This document shows, in pieces, positions 8,167 through 16,093 of a DNA stretch of 22,167 bases. This DNA is from Thermostichus sp. DRC_bins_24 (GTDB taxonomy: Bacteria; Cyanobacteriota; Cyanobacteriia; Thermostichales; Thermostichaceae), in assembly GCA_039794845.1 (NCBI GenBank), contig JAUQVK010000109.1, positions 1 to 22,167 of the forward strand, in the 5' to 3' direction. Within the stretch, counting starts at the first letter, position 1. Each line of letters begins with the position of its first letter. The translations under genes were made by a program, and so were the position numbers. The notes beneath the pieces are model-generated. The model ran no database searches. It saw only the letters and a list, made by a program, of their open reading frames with translations, and had not been told where the DNA came from.

Positions 8167-9330
8167 TTACACCGCACCCACGGTTTCTTTTTTGGCCTGG
8201 GCCTCCAGGTGAGCCTGCCGCAACCGCTCCACCAACTCAGCGCGTCGGTCGTACAAGCGCTTCAAAGGGCGGGGATCCCGTTTGGAGAGGGCATAGGCGG
8301 TTAACAGCGGCATGGCGATCGTAGAGTCGCTGTAGACCACAATCGTGCCGGGCAATTTATCGGGATCCACCTTGCCCCAAGACACCGCCTCAGAAGGGGT
8401 AGCGCCGGACAAGCCGCCGGTATCCGGTCGTGCATCGGTCACCTGCAAGAAGAAGTCGTGTCCCTTTTCTTCAATACCCAGCACCTCTTGGATTTGGGGC
8501 TCCGTTTGCAGCATGAAGTTCTTCGGGGATCCGCCCCCCAAGATCCACACGGCACTGGCCCCGCCGCTGCGCTTTGCCTCGAGCACAATGGCTGCCGTCT
8601 CGTTCACATCCAGCGACACATCGATCACCGGCCCCCTTCCTTGCAACGCCAAAGCCGCCACATTCATGCCGATGGAGCTATCCCCCGGACTGGAGGTATA
8701 GACGGGCACGCCATAGCGGTAGGCGGCGGCCAAGAGCGAGCGTTCTTGCTTCGTATCCTTCAACCCCAGGGCCTCTTCACGGGCGGCAATGTACTTGCCA
8801 CAGAGATAATGAAACTCGGCGGATCCCATGCGGCGGTCGAACTCCGGTGCTTGCATCACCTGACGAAAAAAGGCATCGGTGGAAAGGAGCACATTGTAGT
8901 CGAAGAAAATATCGTAGATGCGCACCACCCCCTCTTCCCGCAGCACCACATCGCTGATATCGGGGCGGCCCCGGTGCAAATCCAGGCCAAGGCCAAAGTG
9001 GGTGTCGTGGTAGAGATTCGCCCCCGTCGAGACAATCCAATCGACAAAGCCCGCCTGCATCAAGGGGATCACCGCCGCTATGCCCAATCCGGCCGGAGTG
9101 AGTGCCCCCGTCAGGCTCAGGCCCACCGTTACCCCAGGCTGCAACATATGCTCCACCAGCAGTTGGCAAGCTTCCCGTAAACGCCCGGAGTTGTAGGAAA
9201 GAAAGGTTTGATCGATTAGATCGGTCAGAGGGATCCCGGCGCGAATCGGTTGCGGGTCGATCTTACGCCCGCGCAGAAACCGCTTTGGGGCCTCATCCAT
9301 ACCCACAGCACCTTCATCTTTGACAGACAT
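8167..9330 (-). CDS. speY: Deoxyhypusine synthase-like protein (cyanobacterial homospermidine biosynthesis, SpeY-type)
   Basis: DHS-family motifs 'STGANLYHD', 'GGGSPKNF', '[23 protein letters not shown]' (catalytic Lys). ATG at 9330 with GGAAGGGAG RBS; alternative ATG at 9300. Confidence 0.88.
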   Translation of the reverse strand: MSVKDEGAVGMDEAPKRFLRGRKIDPQPIRAGIPLTDLIDQTFLSYNSGRLREACQLLVEHMLQPGVTVGLSLTGALTPAGLGIAAVIPLMQAGFVDWIVSTGANLYHDTHFGLGLDLHRGRPDISDVVLREEGVVRIYDIFFDYNVLLSTDAFFRQVMQAPEFDRRMGSAEFHYLCGKYIAAREEALGLKDTKQERSLLAAAYRYGVPVYTSSPGDSSIGMNVAALALQGRGPVIDVSLDVNETAAIVLEAKRSGGASAVWILGGGSPKNFMLQTEPQIQEVLGIEEKGHDFFLQVTDARPDTGGLSGATPSEAVSWGKVDPDKLPGTIVVYSDSTIAMPLLTAYALSKRDPRPLKRLYDRRAELVERLRQAHLEAQAKKETVGAV

Positions 9331-9400
9331 CTGGATCGCTCCCTTCCTAGAAAGAAATTGGTAGCTCACTTTACAATCCTTTGCGCCTAGGGCACTGCCG

Positions 9401-9546
9401 GTTACCTCCAGCAACTGCGAAGGTCGAGACCTATCTCCCAAAGGGACAGTGCTCCGCACCTCGCAGAGCGAGACAGCCCTCCAGGCCCCACTGAGCCGGA
9501 TCAGGAAGCACAATCCCTGCCCTAGAAAACCCGTGCAAGGGCTGTA
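9401..9546. repeat. Dispersed hairpin-rich intergenic element, copy A
   Basis: 9502-9546 matches 13413-13457 at 39/45 nt ungapped. Shared upstream blocks in the same order: GTTAC, CAACT, GAAGGT, GAGA, CTCCC..GGGA, GCCCTCC.GGCC. Confidence 0.8.
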
Positions 9547-9656
9547 AGGCAGCTTTTCCATATTGCCAAACATCTCTCCGAAACAGACTCCCGGAAAAAA
9601 GGGTTGCGGCTAGGAAGCCGTCGCCGAATCTGTTCGGTCTCACTTGGTTTCCACCC

Positions 9657-10058
9657 TCAAGCGGAAAACCCACGGGCAAAATCCGGCGGCACGGGGATCG
9701 GTTTCCAGGTTTTCAGATCCAAAAAGGCCCCCACCTGCTCAGCTGTGGCCACCAGGGATCCCTTCACTTCAAATTCGGCGGAGACGTACCACTTCATAGG
9801 GGAGAGCTTGGGCAGCCACATGCGCCCGATCACAGGGTCAAACAGTCGCACAGGCCTTCGGTAGTCGATTTCGGTGCGTCGCACCACAGGGGTATAGCCT
9901 TGGGCCAGCTGCCCTTGTAAAGGAAAATGAGCATCCAGCAGTGCCAGGCGCAGATCCTCTAGCCAACGCAAATAGACCAGGTTGCTGACCACGCCAGCAT
10001 AATCGGTATCGTAGGTTTTCACCTGAAAGGGCACGGACACCTGATAAGGATGAGTCAT
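9657..10058 (-). CDS. Acyl-CoA thioesterase, YbgC/4HBT hot-dog family
   Basis: 'YDTDYAGVVSNLVYLRWLE' motif and 'EIDYRRPV'; 133 aa. Confidence 0.9.
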   Translation of the reverse strand: MTHPYQVSVPFQVKTYDTDYAGVVSNLVYLRWLEDLRLALLDAHFPLQGQLAQGYTPVVRRTEIDYRRPVRLFDPVIGRMWLPKLSPMKWYVSAEFEVKGSLVATAEQVGAFLDLKTWKPIPVPPDFARGFSA

Positions 10059-10108
10059 GGAGGGTCACTATGGTTTTATATGGGTTTTTATATAGGGTGA
10101 CTGAAGCA

Positions 10109-10294
10109 TCAATCCACGGCTCGAATCTCGCCACTGCTCAGGCGCTCCACAATGGCCTCCAACAACTCGTGTTCTTCTGGGGACACCTCTTGGTCGGCGG
10201 TAACCGCATTGAGGATTTGCTGCTGCTCAGCACGGGTTAAGACTTTATCCGCCAGAGCCCGGTCAATGAGGGCCTTTAACTCGGTCAGTTCCAC
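10109..10294 (-). CDS. Small acidic helical hypothetical protein
   Basis: 61 aa, GTG start with AGGAG RBS. Amphipathic helices and an internal repeat 'ALADKVLTRAE' / 'VTADQEVSPEE'. Confidence 0.75.
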   Translation of the reverse strand: MELTELKALIDRALADKVLTRAEQQQILNAVTADQEVSPEEHELLEAIVERLSSGEIRAVD

Positions 10295-10394
10295 CGTTTT
10301 TCTCCTGGTGTTTGGGGAGACGGGATCCCATAATAGGGTTCCAGACTGGAGATATATCGCATTGCGGCACGTTGCTCAGTATAGCGGTACGCCT

Positions 10395-11579
10395 GTGAAA
10401 TCAGAGACGTTACAACCGGTGGGGGTGATTGGCGGCGGGCAGTTGGCGCAAATGTTGGGACTGGCCGCCCAAAATCTGGGGATCCCGATGATCGTGCAGG
10501 CTGCTTCTCCGACCGATCCGGCGGTAGCGGTGGCGCAGGAGGTGATTTGGGGATCCGTCGCCGACACCCAGGCCACAGCCCAATTGCTCGAACGCTGCCC
10601 GGTGGTAACTTTCGAAAACGAGTTTATTCCTCTGCCGGAGCTACAAAAATTGGATCCCCAGGGTTCTTGGTTTCGTCCCAGCCTCAGTACCCTAGAGCCC
10701 CTGCTAGACAAGTTCCATCAACGGCAGTTTTTGGCCCGGTTGGGTTTGCCGGTGCCGACCTTTCAGGCCCTGCCAGAGCACGTGGATGCTTTGGATTTAG
10801 AGGAACTCACTCACCTCGAGCCTTTGCGTTTTCCAGTGGTGCTCAAACAACGGCGCCAGGGCTACGACGGCCAGGGCACCCAGATCCTCCGCGACCGCCG
10901 GGCTTTACGGCAGGCCCTCAGTCAACAAACCGGGATCCCTTTACTGCTGGAGGAGTGGATCCCCTTTGAGCAAGAATTGGCGGTGATCGTGGCGCGGGGG
11001 GTGAAGGGGGAGATCCAGATCTACCCCGTGGTGGAAACTTTGCAGATTGAGCAAGTGTGTCGCCATGTAATGGTGCCCGCCCGCATTTCCCCAGAAACCG
11101 AGGCTCAGATTAAGGGCATTGCCGCCGATCTGATGGAAAAACTCGGGGCAGTTGGGGTTTTTGGCCTTGAGCTGTTCTGGGTGCCTCCGCAACACCCTAA
11201 GGCCGGCATTTGGGTGAATGAAATCTCGCCCCGGGTTCACAATTCTGGCCACTACAGCCTCGATGCTTGCCATACCTCGCAATTTGAGCAGCACCTGCGG
11301 GCAATTACCGGTCTGCCTTTGGGGGATCCCGCGTTGAACTGTGGGGGGGCGGTGATGGTAAATCTGTTGGGCTATGAGCATTCTGCATCCGATTACGCGG
11401 AAAAACGGGAGCGGCTAGCCGGGATCCCGAATGCCACGGTGCATTGGTACCACAAAACCCCTTCACGCCCCGGGCGCAAGCTCGGCCATGTGACGGTTTG
11501 TTTGCCGACAGCAGCCGATCTGGCCCAAGCGGCAGCCATCGCCAACAAAATTGAATCCCTTTGGTACGACCAGCCATGA
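10395..11579 (+). CDS. purK: N5-carboxyaminoimidazole ribonucleotide synthase (ATP-grasp)
   Basis: 'VGVIGGGQLAQM', 'VTFENEF', 'GYDGQG', 'NEISPRVHNSGH', 'RPGRKLGHVT'. GTG start at 10395; the longer ORF from 10152 overlaps the divergent gene. Confidence 0.95.
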   Translation: MKSETLQPVGVIGGGQLAQMLGLAAQNLGIPMIVQAASPTDPAVAVAQEVIWGSVADTQATAQLLERCPVVTFENEFIPLPELQKLDPQGSWFRPSLSTLEPLLDKFHQRQFLARLGLPVPTFQALPEHVDALDLEELTHLEPLRFPVVLKQRRQGYDGQGTQILRDRRALRQALSQQTGIPLLLEEWIPFEQELAVIVARGVKGEIQIYPVVETLQIEQVCRHVMVPARISPETEAQIKGIAADLMEKLGAVGVFGLELFWVPPQHPKAGIWVNEISPRVHNSGHYSLDACHTSQFEQHLRAITGLPLGDPALNCGGAVMVNLLGYEHSASDYAEKRERLAGIPNATVHWYHKTPSRPGRKLGHVTVCLPTAADLAQAAAIANKIESLWYDQP

Positions 11580-12007
11580 CCCAAGCACGGGATCCCTCGT
11601 TTTCTCCAGCGATTCAAACCCTGATCGAGGCCATGCAGCGGCGGGATGTGCCCGCGGTGGCCCAACAGGTGAATGGCTTATCTCCCCAGGAGCGCTCCAC
11701 TGTGCTCACCCCAGCTCTGGAATATCTGTCGGAGGTGGATCCCGCCAGTGCCCAGTGGTTTGTGCGCTACCTCATGGCCCCTGCTGTCAAAGCGCAATTG
11801 CGGGAAGGGATCCTCCAAGCTGCCCGTGACTACCTGCAAGAGGCCGGATTCACAGAAGGAATTGACTACGACCTCAAACGGGATCCCGAATCTGGAGCAC
11901 CAGCAGGCATCTTGAGCATTAGCCGAAAAGCCCTGCCCTATGCGGCCCCCGATGATGATCCGTTTGGGCAATTGTTGTTGGCCGAGTTCTGTGAACTGCG
12001 AGACTAG
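11576..12007 (+). CDS. Hypothetical protein
   Basis: 143 aa. ATG overlaps the purK stop (ATGA), and the ORF fills the gap to rimI. No family recognised. Confidence 0.75.
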   Translation: MTQARDPSFSPAIQTLIEAMQRRDVPAVAQQVNGLSPQERSTVLTPALEYLSEVDPASAQWFVRYLMAPAVKAQLREGILQAARDYLQEAGFTEGIDYDLKRDPESGAPAGILSISRKALPYAAPDDDPFGQLLLAEFCELRD

Positions 12008-12013
12008 GCCTAC

Positions 12014-12490
12014 ATGAGCGGCACCTCCTATCGGCTTGAGGAGCTGGATATCCAGGCTTTGCCACGCCTGCTGGAGTTGGATCAACGGTGTTATGGGGGG
12101 CACTGGGGAGAACAGGGCTATCGGGCGGAACTGCAACGACCCACGAGCACGGTGCTTGGGGCTTTTGTGGCACCGGCTGCGGAGGCCCCCTCTTTTTTAG
12201 TCAAAGAGCTGGTGGGGTTTGGCATCCTTTGGCGTATTGAAGAAGAGGCCCACATCATTTCTTTGGCGGTGGATCCCGCCCATCAGAGGCGAGGGGTGGG
12301 CCGAAAAATCTTAATGGCGTTGTTGAACCAAGCCAGAGCAGCCGGCTGCCAATGGGCGACTTTAGAAGTGAACGCCAGCAATCAAGCGGCGATTCATCTA
12401 TACGAGTCGGCAGGGTTTCTACCGCTCGGGCGGCGCAAGGGCTACTACAACGGAGAAGATGCTTTGGTGTACTGGAAAAAACCGATTTAG
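12014..12490 (+). CDS. rimI: Ribosomal-protein-alanine N-acetyltransferase (GNAT)
   Basis: 'EEAHIISLAVDPAHQRRGVG', 'TLEVNASNQAAIHLYESAGF...RRKGYYNGEDA'. Confidence 0.9.
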   Translation: MSGTSYRLEELDIQALPRLLELDQRCYGGHWGEQGYRAELQRPTSTVLGAFVAPAAEAPSFLVKELVGFGILWRIEEEAHIISLAVDPAHQRRGVGRKILMALLNQARAAGCQWATLEVNASNQAAIHLYESAGFLPLGRRKGYYNGEDALVYWKKPI

Positions 12491-12637
12491 CTTACTCGGC
12501 GGGTAGACCGCAGGTCGTTCCTAGCCCCGCGCTTTACCCTCTATCCGCAGCAGACGTTTGGAATTAGAAAGATAAACCTGGACGTTTCAAAGTGCTGCCA
12601 ATGCTAGAACAAAAGGGATCCCAGTCCGACTGCTCTG

Positions 12638-13327
12638 ATGCTCACCTCGTCTCCTCCCACCCTTCGTCTTCCACCTTTGGAAAACGGGGATCGGCTGACT
12701 CGGGCCGAATTTGAGCGGCGGTACAAGGCCATGCCCGATCTCAAGAAGGCGGAACTGATCGAAGGAGTGGTCTACATCATGGGATCCCCGCTGCGAATTA
12801 GGAGCCACGGTCAACCCCACGCCCGGATCATGACGTGGCTCGGTACTTACAATGCCTACACTCCTGGATTGATTTTGGGGGATACCCCAACTGTACGACT
12901 GGATCCCGATAATGAACCTCAGCCGGATGCGGTGCTTTTTCTACCTGGCAGAGGGGCCATCATCACAGAAGATGACTACATAGAGGGATCCCCCGATTTG
13001 ATTGTGGAAATTGCTGCCAGCAGTGCCTCGATTGATTTGCACGACAAAAAACGGGCCTATCGCCGCAATGGGATCCGCGACTACATTGTTTGGCGCACTT
13101 TGGAGCAGCAACTGGACTGGTTTTGTCTCAAAGCCGACGATTATCAAGCCCAAATCCCCGATGTGCAGGGGATCCTGCACAGTCAAGCCTTTCCAGGATT
13201 GTGGTTGGATCCGGTGGCCTTGTTGGGTGGGGATATGGCCAAGGTCTTATCGGTGTTGCAACAGGGTTTGGCCTCAGCCGAGCATCAGACATTTGTGCAA
13301 CAGATCTCTGCAGGCGGGGATCCCTAG
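12638..13327 (+). CDS. Uma2 family (PD-(D/E)XK) putative endonuclease
   Basis: 'LENGDRLTRAEFERRY', 'AELIEGVVY', 'EPQPDA', 'PDLIVEIAASSASIDLHDKKRAYRRNG'. Confidence 0.92.
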   Translation: MLTSSPPTLRLPPLENGDRLTRAEFERRYKAMPDLKKAELIEGVVYIMGSPLRIRSHGQPHARIMTWLGTYNAYTPGLILGDTPTVRLDPDNEPQPDAVLFLPGRGAIITEDDYIEGSPDLIVEIAASSASIDLHDKKRAYRRNGIRDYIVWRTLEQQLDWFCLKADDYQAQIPDVQGILHSQAFPGLWLDPVALLGGDMAKVLSVLQQGLASAEHQTFVQQISAGGDP

Positions 13328-13335
13328 CTCTCTTA

Positions 13336-13457
13336 GTTACGTGTAACAACTCGTGTAACAACTATGGAAGGTGAGAGTCACTCCCTGCAGGGATGGCCCT
13401 CCGGGCCGCGAGCAGGAAGCGCAAGCCCTGCTGTAGAAAACCCCTGCAAGGGTTGTA
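13336..13457. repeat. Dispersed hairpin-rich intergenic element, copy B
   Basis: Homologous to 9401-9546 (39/45 nt core). Contains a perfect 12-bp tandem duplication CGTGTAACAACT (13340-13363) and hairpins TCCC-TGCA-GGGA, GGCCC-TCC-GGGCC and AACCC-CTGCAA-GGGTT. Confidence 0.8.
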
Positions 13458-13459
13458 CT

Positions 13460-14119
13460 TTAATGGAACTCATCCTTATGCGCCGGATCCTGGCGCAGCT
13501 GGCCCCAAACTTCTGCCAGTCGCCGATCCCGCCCACAAGCGTAGCGATAAAACCGGTAGCGATTTGGGTTTTTTAGGTAATAGTCCTGGTGGTAATCTTC
13601 GGCGGGGTAGAAGCGGGTTGCAGGCAATACCGCTGTCAGGATCGGCTTCTTAAAGCGATCCTCAAGGGCGGCTTTGGAGGTCTCGGCCCACTCTCGCTCG
13701 GCTTCACTGCCCACGAAAATGGCGGAGCGGTATTGATCCCCCTTATCGCAAAATTGCCCAGTGCCATCGAAGGGATCCACATTGCGCCAAAACACCTCCA
13801 ACAGCTCCGGATAGGTGACCACCTCAGGGTCGTAAGCCACCTGTACCACTTCGTAATGGCCGGTATTGCCCCCGGACACCTCTTGGTAGGTGGGATCCGG
13901 GGTATGCCCTCCCATGTAGCCGGAGGTGGTGCTCAAAACCCCTGGCAATTTATCGAAGGGCGGTTCCATGCACCAAAAACAGCCCCCCGCAAAGGTGGCC
14001 AACGCCGGCGGATCCGCAAGCAAAACGGGCTGCTGGGCTTGCGAATGAGAAGCCGAGCACCCTCCCACCCAAAGACACACACTCAACACAGCCAGGAGCC
14101 AGCGGCGCAGGTTCAACAT
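13460..14119 (-). CDS. msrA: Peptide-methionine (S)-S-oxide reductase with signal peptide/lipobox
   Basis: 'ATFAGGCFWC', 'GYMGG', 'FYPAEDYHQDYY'. N-terminal 'RRWLLAVLSVCLWVGGC' looks like a lipoprotein signal. Confidence 0.95.
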   Translation of the reverse strand: MLNLRRWLLAVLSVCLWVGGCSASHSQAQQPVLLADPPALATFAGGCFWCMEPPFDKLPGVLSTTSGYMGGHTPDPTYQEVSGGNTGHYEVVQVAYDPEVVTYPELLEVFWRNVDPFDGTGQFCDKGDQYRSAIFVGSEAEREWAETSKAALEDRFKKPILTAVLPATRFYPAEDYHQDYYLKNPNRYRFYRYACGRDRRLAEVWGQLRQDPAHKDEFH

Positions 14120-14337
14120 AATAGATTTTCTCCACCCTTTCCAATCGCAATCTCAAGGAATGCTCGATCAACAGCCGATGGGCCCGCAGCTCAAGCCTCT
14201 GTCTAGGCTAATCCACCGAGAGCAAAGGGATCCCTCTTAATCGAATGAACGTTCAATTGAAAGCGGCTCACGGCCCGTGTCATTTTCTGATACAGGCTTA
14301 AGCTGGAGAGGCAGTACAGTTGTGGGGGGGACAACCC

Positions 14338-15303
14338 ATGACCATTTCTGAGCGCAGAACCGAGGTGCCCACTCGCCACCTGTTAAAAGGATCCATCATC
14401 GGAGCCGGTCAGGTGGGGATGGCCTGTGCTTACTCGATGGTGATCCAAAACACCCTAGATGAACTGGTGATCAGCGATATCGCCCGCGACAAGGTGGAAG
14501 GGGAGGTGATGGATCTGGTGCACGGGATCCCCTTTGTGGAGCCGACACGGGTACGGGTGGGCGAACTGGCAGATTGCGCCGGATCGGATGTAGTGGTTTT
14601 AACCGCAGGGGCCAAACAACGGCCCGGAGAAACCCGTCTGGATTTGGTGCAGCGCAACGTCGAGATCTTCAAGAACTTGATCCCAGCCCTGATGGAGCAT
14701 TGCCCCGATGCCATCCTGCTGGTGGTGAGCAACCCCGTCGATATCATGACCTACGTTTCTCTAAAGTTGTCTGGGCTGCCGGTGGGGCAGGTCATCGGCT
14801 CAGGAACCGTTTTGGATACAGCCCGCTTCCGTTACCTTCTGGCGGAGCGCCTAGGGGTGGATCCCCGCAGCCTGCACGCCTACATCATTGGTGAACATGG
14901 GGATAGCGAGGTGGCGGTTTGGAGCAAGGTGAACATGGCCGGCACCCCCATCGGAGAACTTTCGCCGGAATGGGATCCCGTTCACTTGGGGGATATTTTC
15001 GAGCAAGTGCGCAATGCCGCCTACGAGATCATTCGTCGCAAAGGGGCCACCAGCTACGCCATTGGGTTGGGGGTAACGCAAATTGTGCAGGCGCTGCTGC
15101 GGGATCAGCACCGCGTTTTGACGGTGAGCAGTCTCACTCAGGGGGAGTACAGTCTGCCGGATGTCTGCCTGAGCCTGCCCAGGATTGTTGGGCGGCACGG
15201 AGTAGAACGCACGCTGGGCATGTCCCTCACAGAGGTTGAACACAAACAACTGCACCACTCCGCCCACATTCTGCGGCGAATCATTGACGATATTCAGTGG
15301 TAG
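14338..15303 (+). CDS. ldh: L-lactate dehydrogenase
   Basis: GAGQVG NAD-binding motif, '[14 protein letters not shown]' (Gln at the LDH specificity position), 'VSNPVD', 'GTVLDTARF', 'IGEHGDS'. ATG at 14338. Confidence 0.95.
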   Translation: MTISERRTEVPTRHLLKGSIIGAGQVGMACAYSMVIQNTLDELVISDIARDKVEGEVMDLVHGIPFVEPTRVRVGELADCAGSDVVVLTAGAKQRPGETRLDLVQRNVEIFKNLIPALMEHCPDAILLVVSNPVDIMTYVSLKLSGLPVGQVIGSGTVLDTARFRYLLAERLGVDPRSLHAYIIGEHGDSEVAVWSKVNMAGTPIGELSPEWDPVHLGDIFEQVRNAAYEIIRRKGATSYAIGLGVTQIVQALLRDQHRVLTVSSLTQGEYSLPDVCLSLPRIVGRHGVERTLGMSLTEVEHKQLHHSAHILRRIIDDIQW

Positions 15304-15379
15304 CCTAACATCCTGAACATCCTGGCTTCTGTTTTGAACGCTTCTCTTGCCCAAATCAATCAGTGGCAGGATCCCTCTC

Positions 15380-16093
15380 ATGGAACCGGAAGTACAACTC
15401 GCGGGGCACTCATCTTCGGCACCTTCCCAAAACCGCCCGAATTCTTTGCTGAGGATCCCGTTGCAGAAGGGCCTCAGCCATCGGGTGCGGCAACACGTCA
15501 ATCCCCTACAGGTGCAATATCAGCAACCCACGCCCCCGCCCCACTGGGAACGGGTGTACCGACGCCTGGGGCAGCCCTTCCATTTGGACATTGGCACGGG
15601 TAGTGGACGGTTTTTGCTGCGCATCGCCCAGGAGCAGCCGGAGTGGAATTTCTTGGGGGTGGAAATTCGGCAAGCGCTGGTGGAACGGGCCAATGCTTGG
15701 CGGGATGAGCTGCAGCTCGACAACCTGCATTTTCTCTTCGCCAACATCAATGTGTCTTTACGGCACCTGTTTGCCCCCGGGGATCTGAGCCGAGTGACGA
15801 TCCAATTTCCGGATCCCTGGTTCAAAAAACGCCATCACAAACGGCGGGTGGTACAACCCCAACTGGTGGCGGATTTGGCCTTGCTGCTGCAGCCGGGCAG
15901 CCCTGTGTTTCTCCAATCGGATATCCAAGCGGTAGCCGAAGAAATGGCCGCTCGATTTTTAGAGCATCCGCAGTTTTGGGATCCCTACCAGGGCCGGTTG
16001 GATCACAATCCTTTCGGCATTCCAACGCAACGGGAGTGGCACTGCCAACAATTGGGCCTGCCCATCTATCGCTATTGGCTGGAACGACGATAA
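15380..16093 (+). CDS. trmB: tRNA (guanine-N7)-methyltransferase
   Basis: 'RVRQHVNPL', 'LDIGTGSG', 'FLGVEIR', 'QFPDPWFKKRHHKRR'. Start uncertain; ATG at 15380 chosen. Confidence 0.93.
   Translation: MEPEVQLAGHSSSAPSQNRPNSLLRIPLQKGLSHRVRQHVNPLQVQYQQPTPPPHWERVYRRLGQPFHLDIGTGSGRFLLRIAQEQPEWNFLGVEIRQALVERANAWRDELQLDNLHFLFANINVSLRHLFAPGDLSRVTIQFPDPWFKKRHHKRRVVQPQLVADLALLLQPGSPVFLQSDIQAVAEEMAARFLEHPQFWDPYQGRLDHNPFGIPTQREWHCQQLGLPIYRYWLERR

Noticed and set aside
9515..9535. Guanidine-I (ykkC) riboswitch suggested by minus-strand GGTTTTCTAGGG
   Set aside because: The following GUUCCG and 3' GACAAAAGCCCGGGAG-like motifs are absent, and copy B does not keep CTAGGG.
9331..9573. 81-codon N-terminal extension of the speY ORF in the ORF track
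   Set aside because: It runs through the dispersed repeat and has no DHS similarity; a good RBS precedes ATG 9330.
10152..10394. Extended purK N-terminus
   Set aside because: It overlaps the divergent 61-aa gene; PurK similarity starts at 'VGVIGGGQL'.
12638..13327. Uma2 gene as part of a defence island
   Set aside because: Uma2 genes are common scattered multicopy genes in cyanobacteria. This one carries host-type GGGATCCC sites and has no defence neighbours.
13336..13457. CRISPR array or attC interpretation of the dispersed element
   Set aside because: No repeat-spacer periodicity, no cas genes, and no proper RYYYAAC/GTTRRRY pair.
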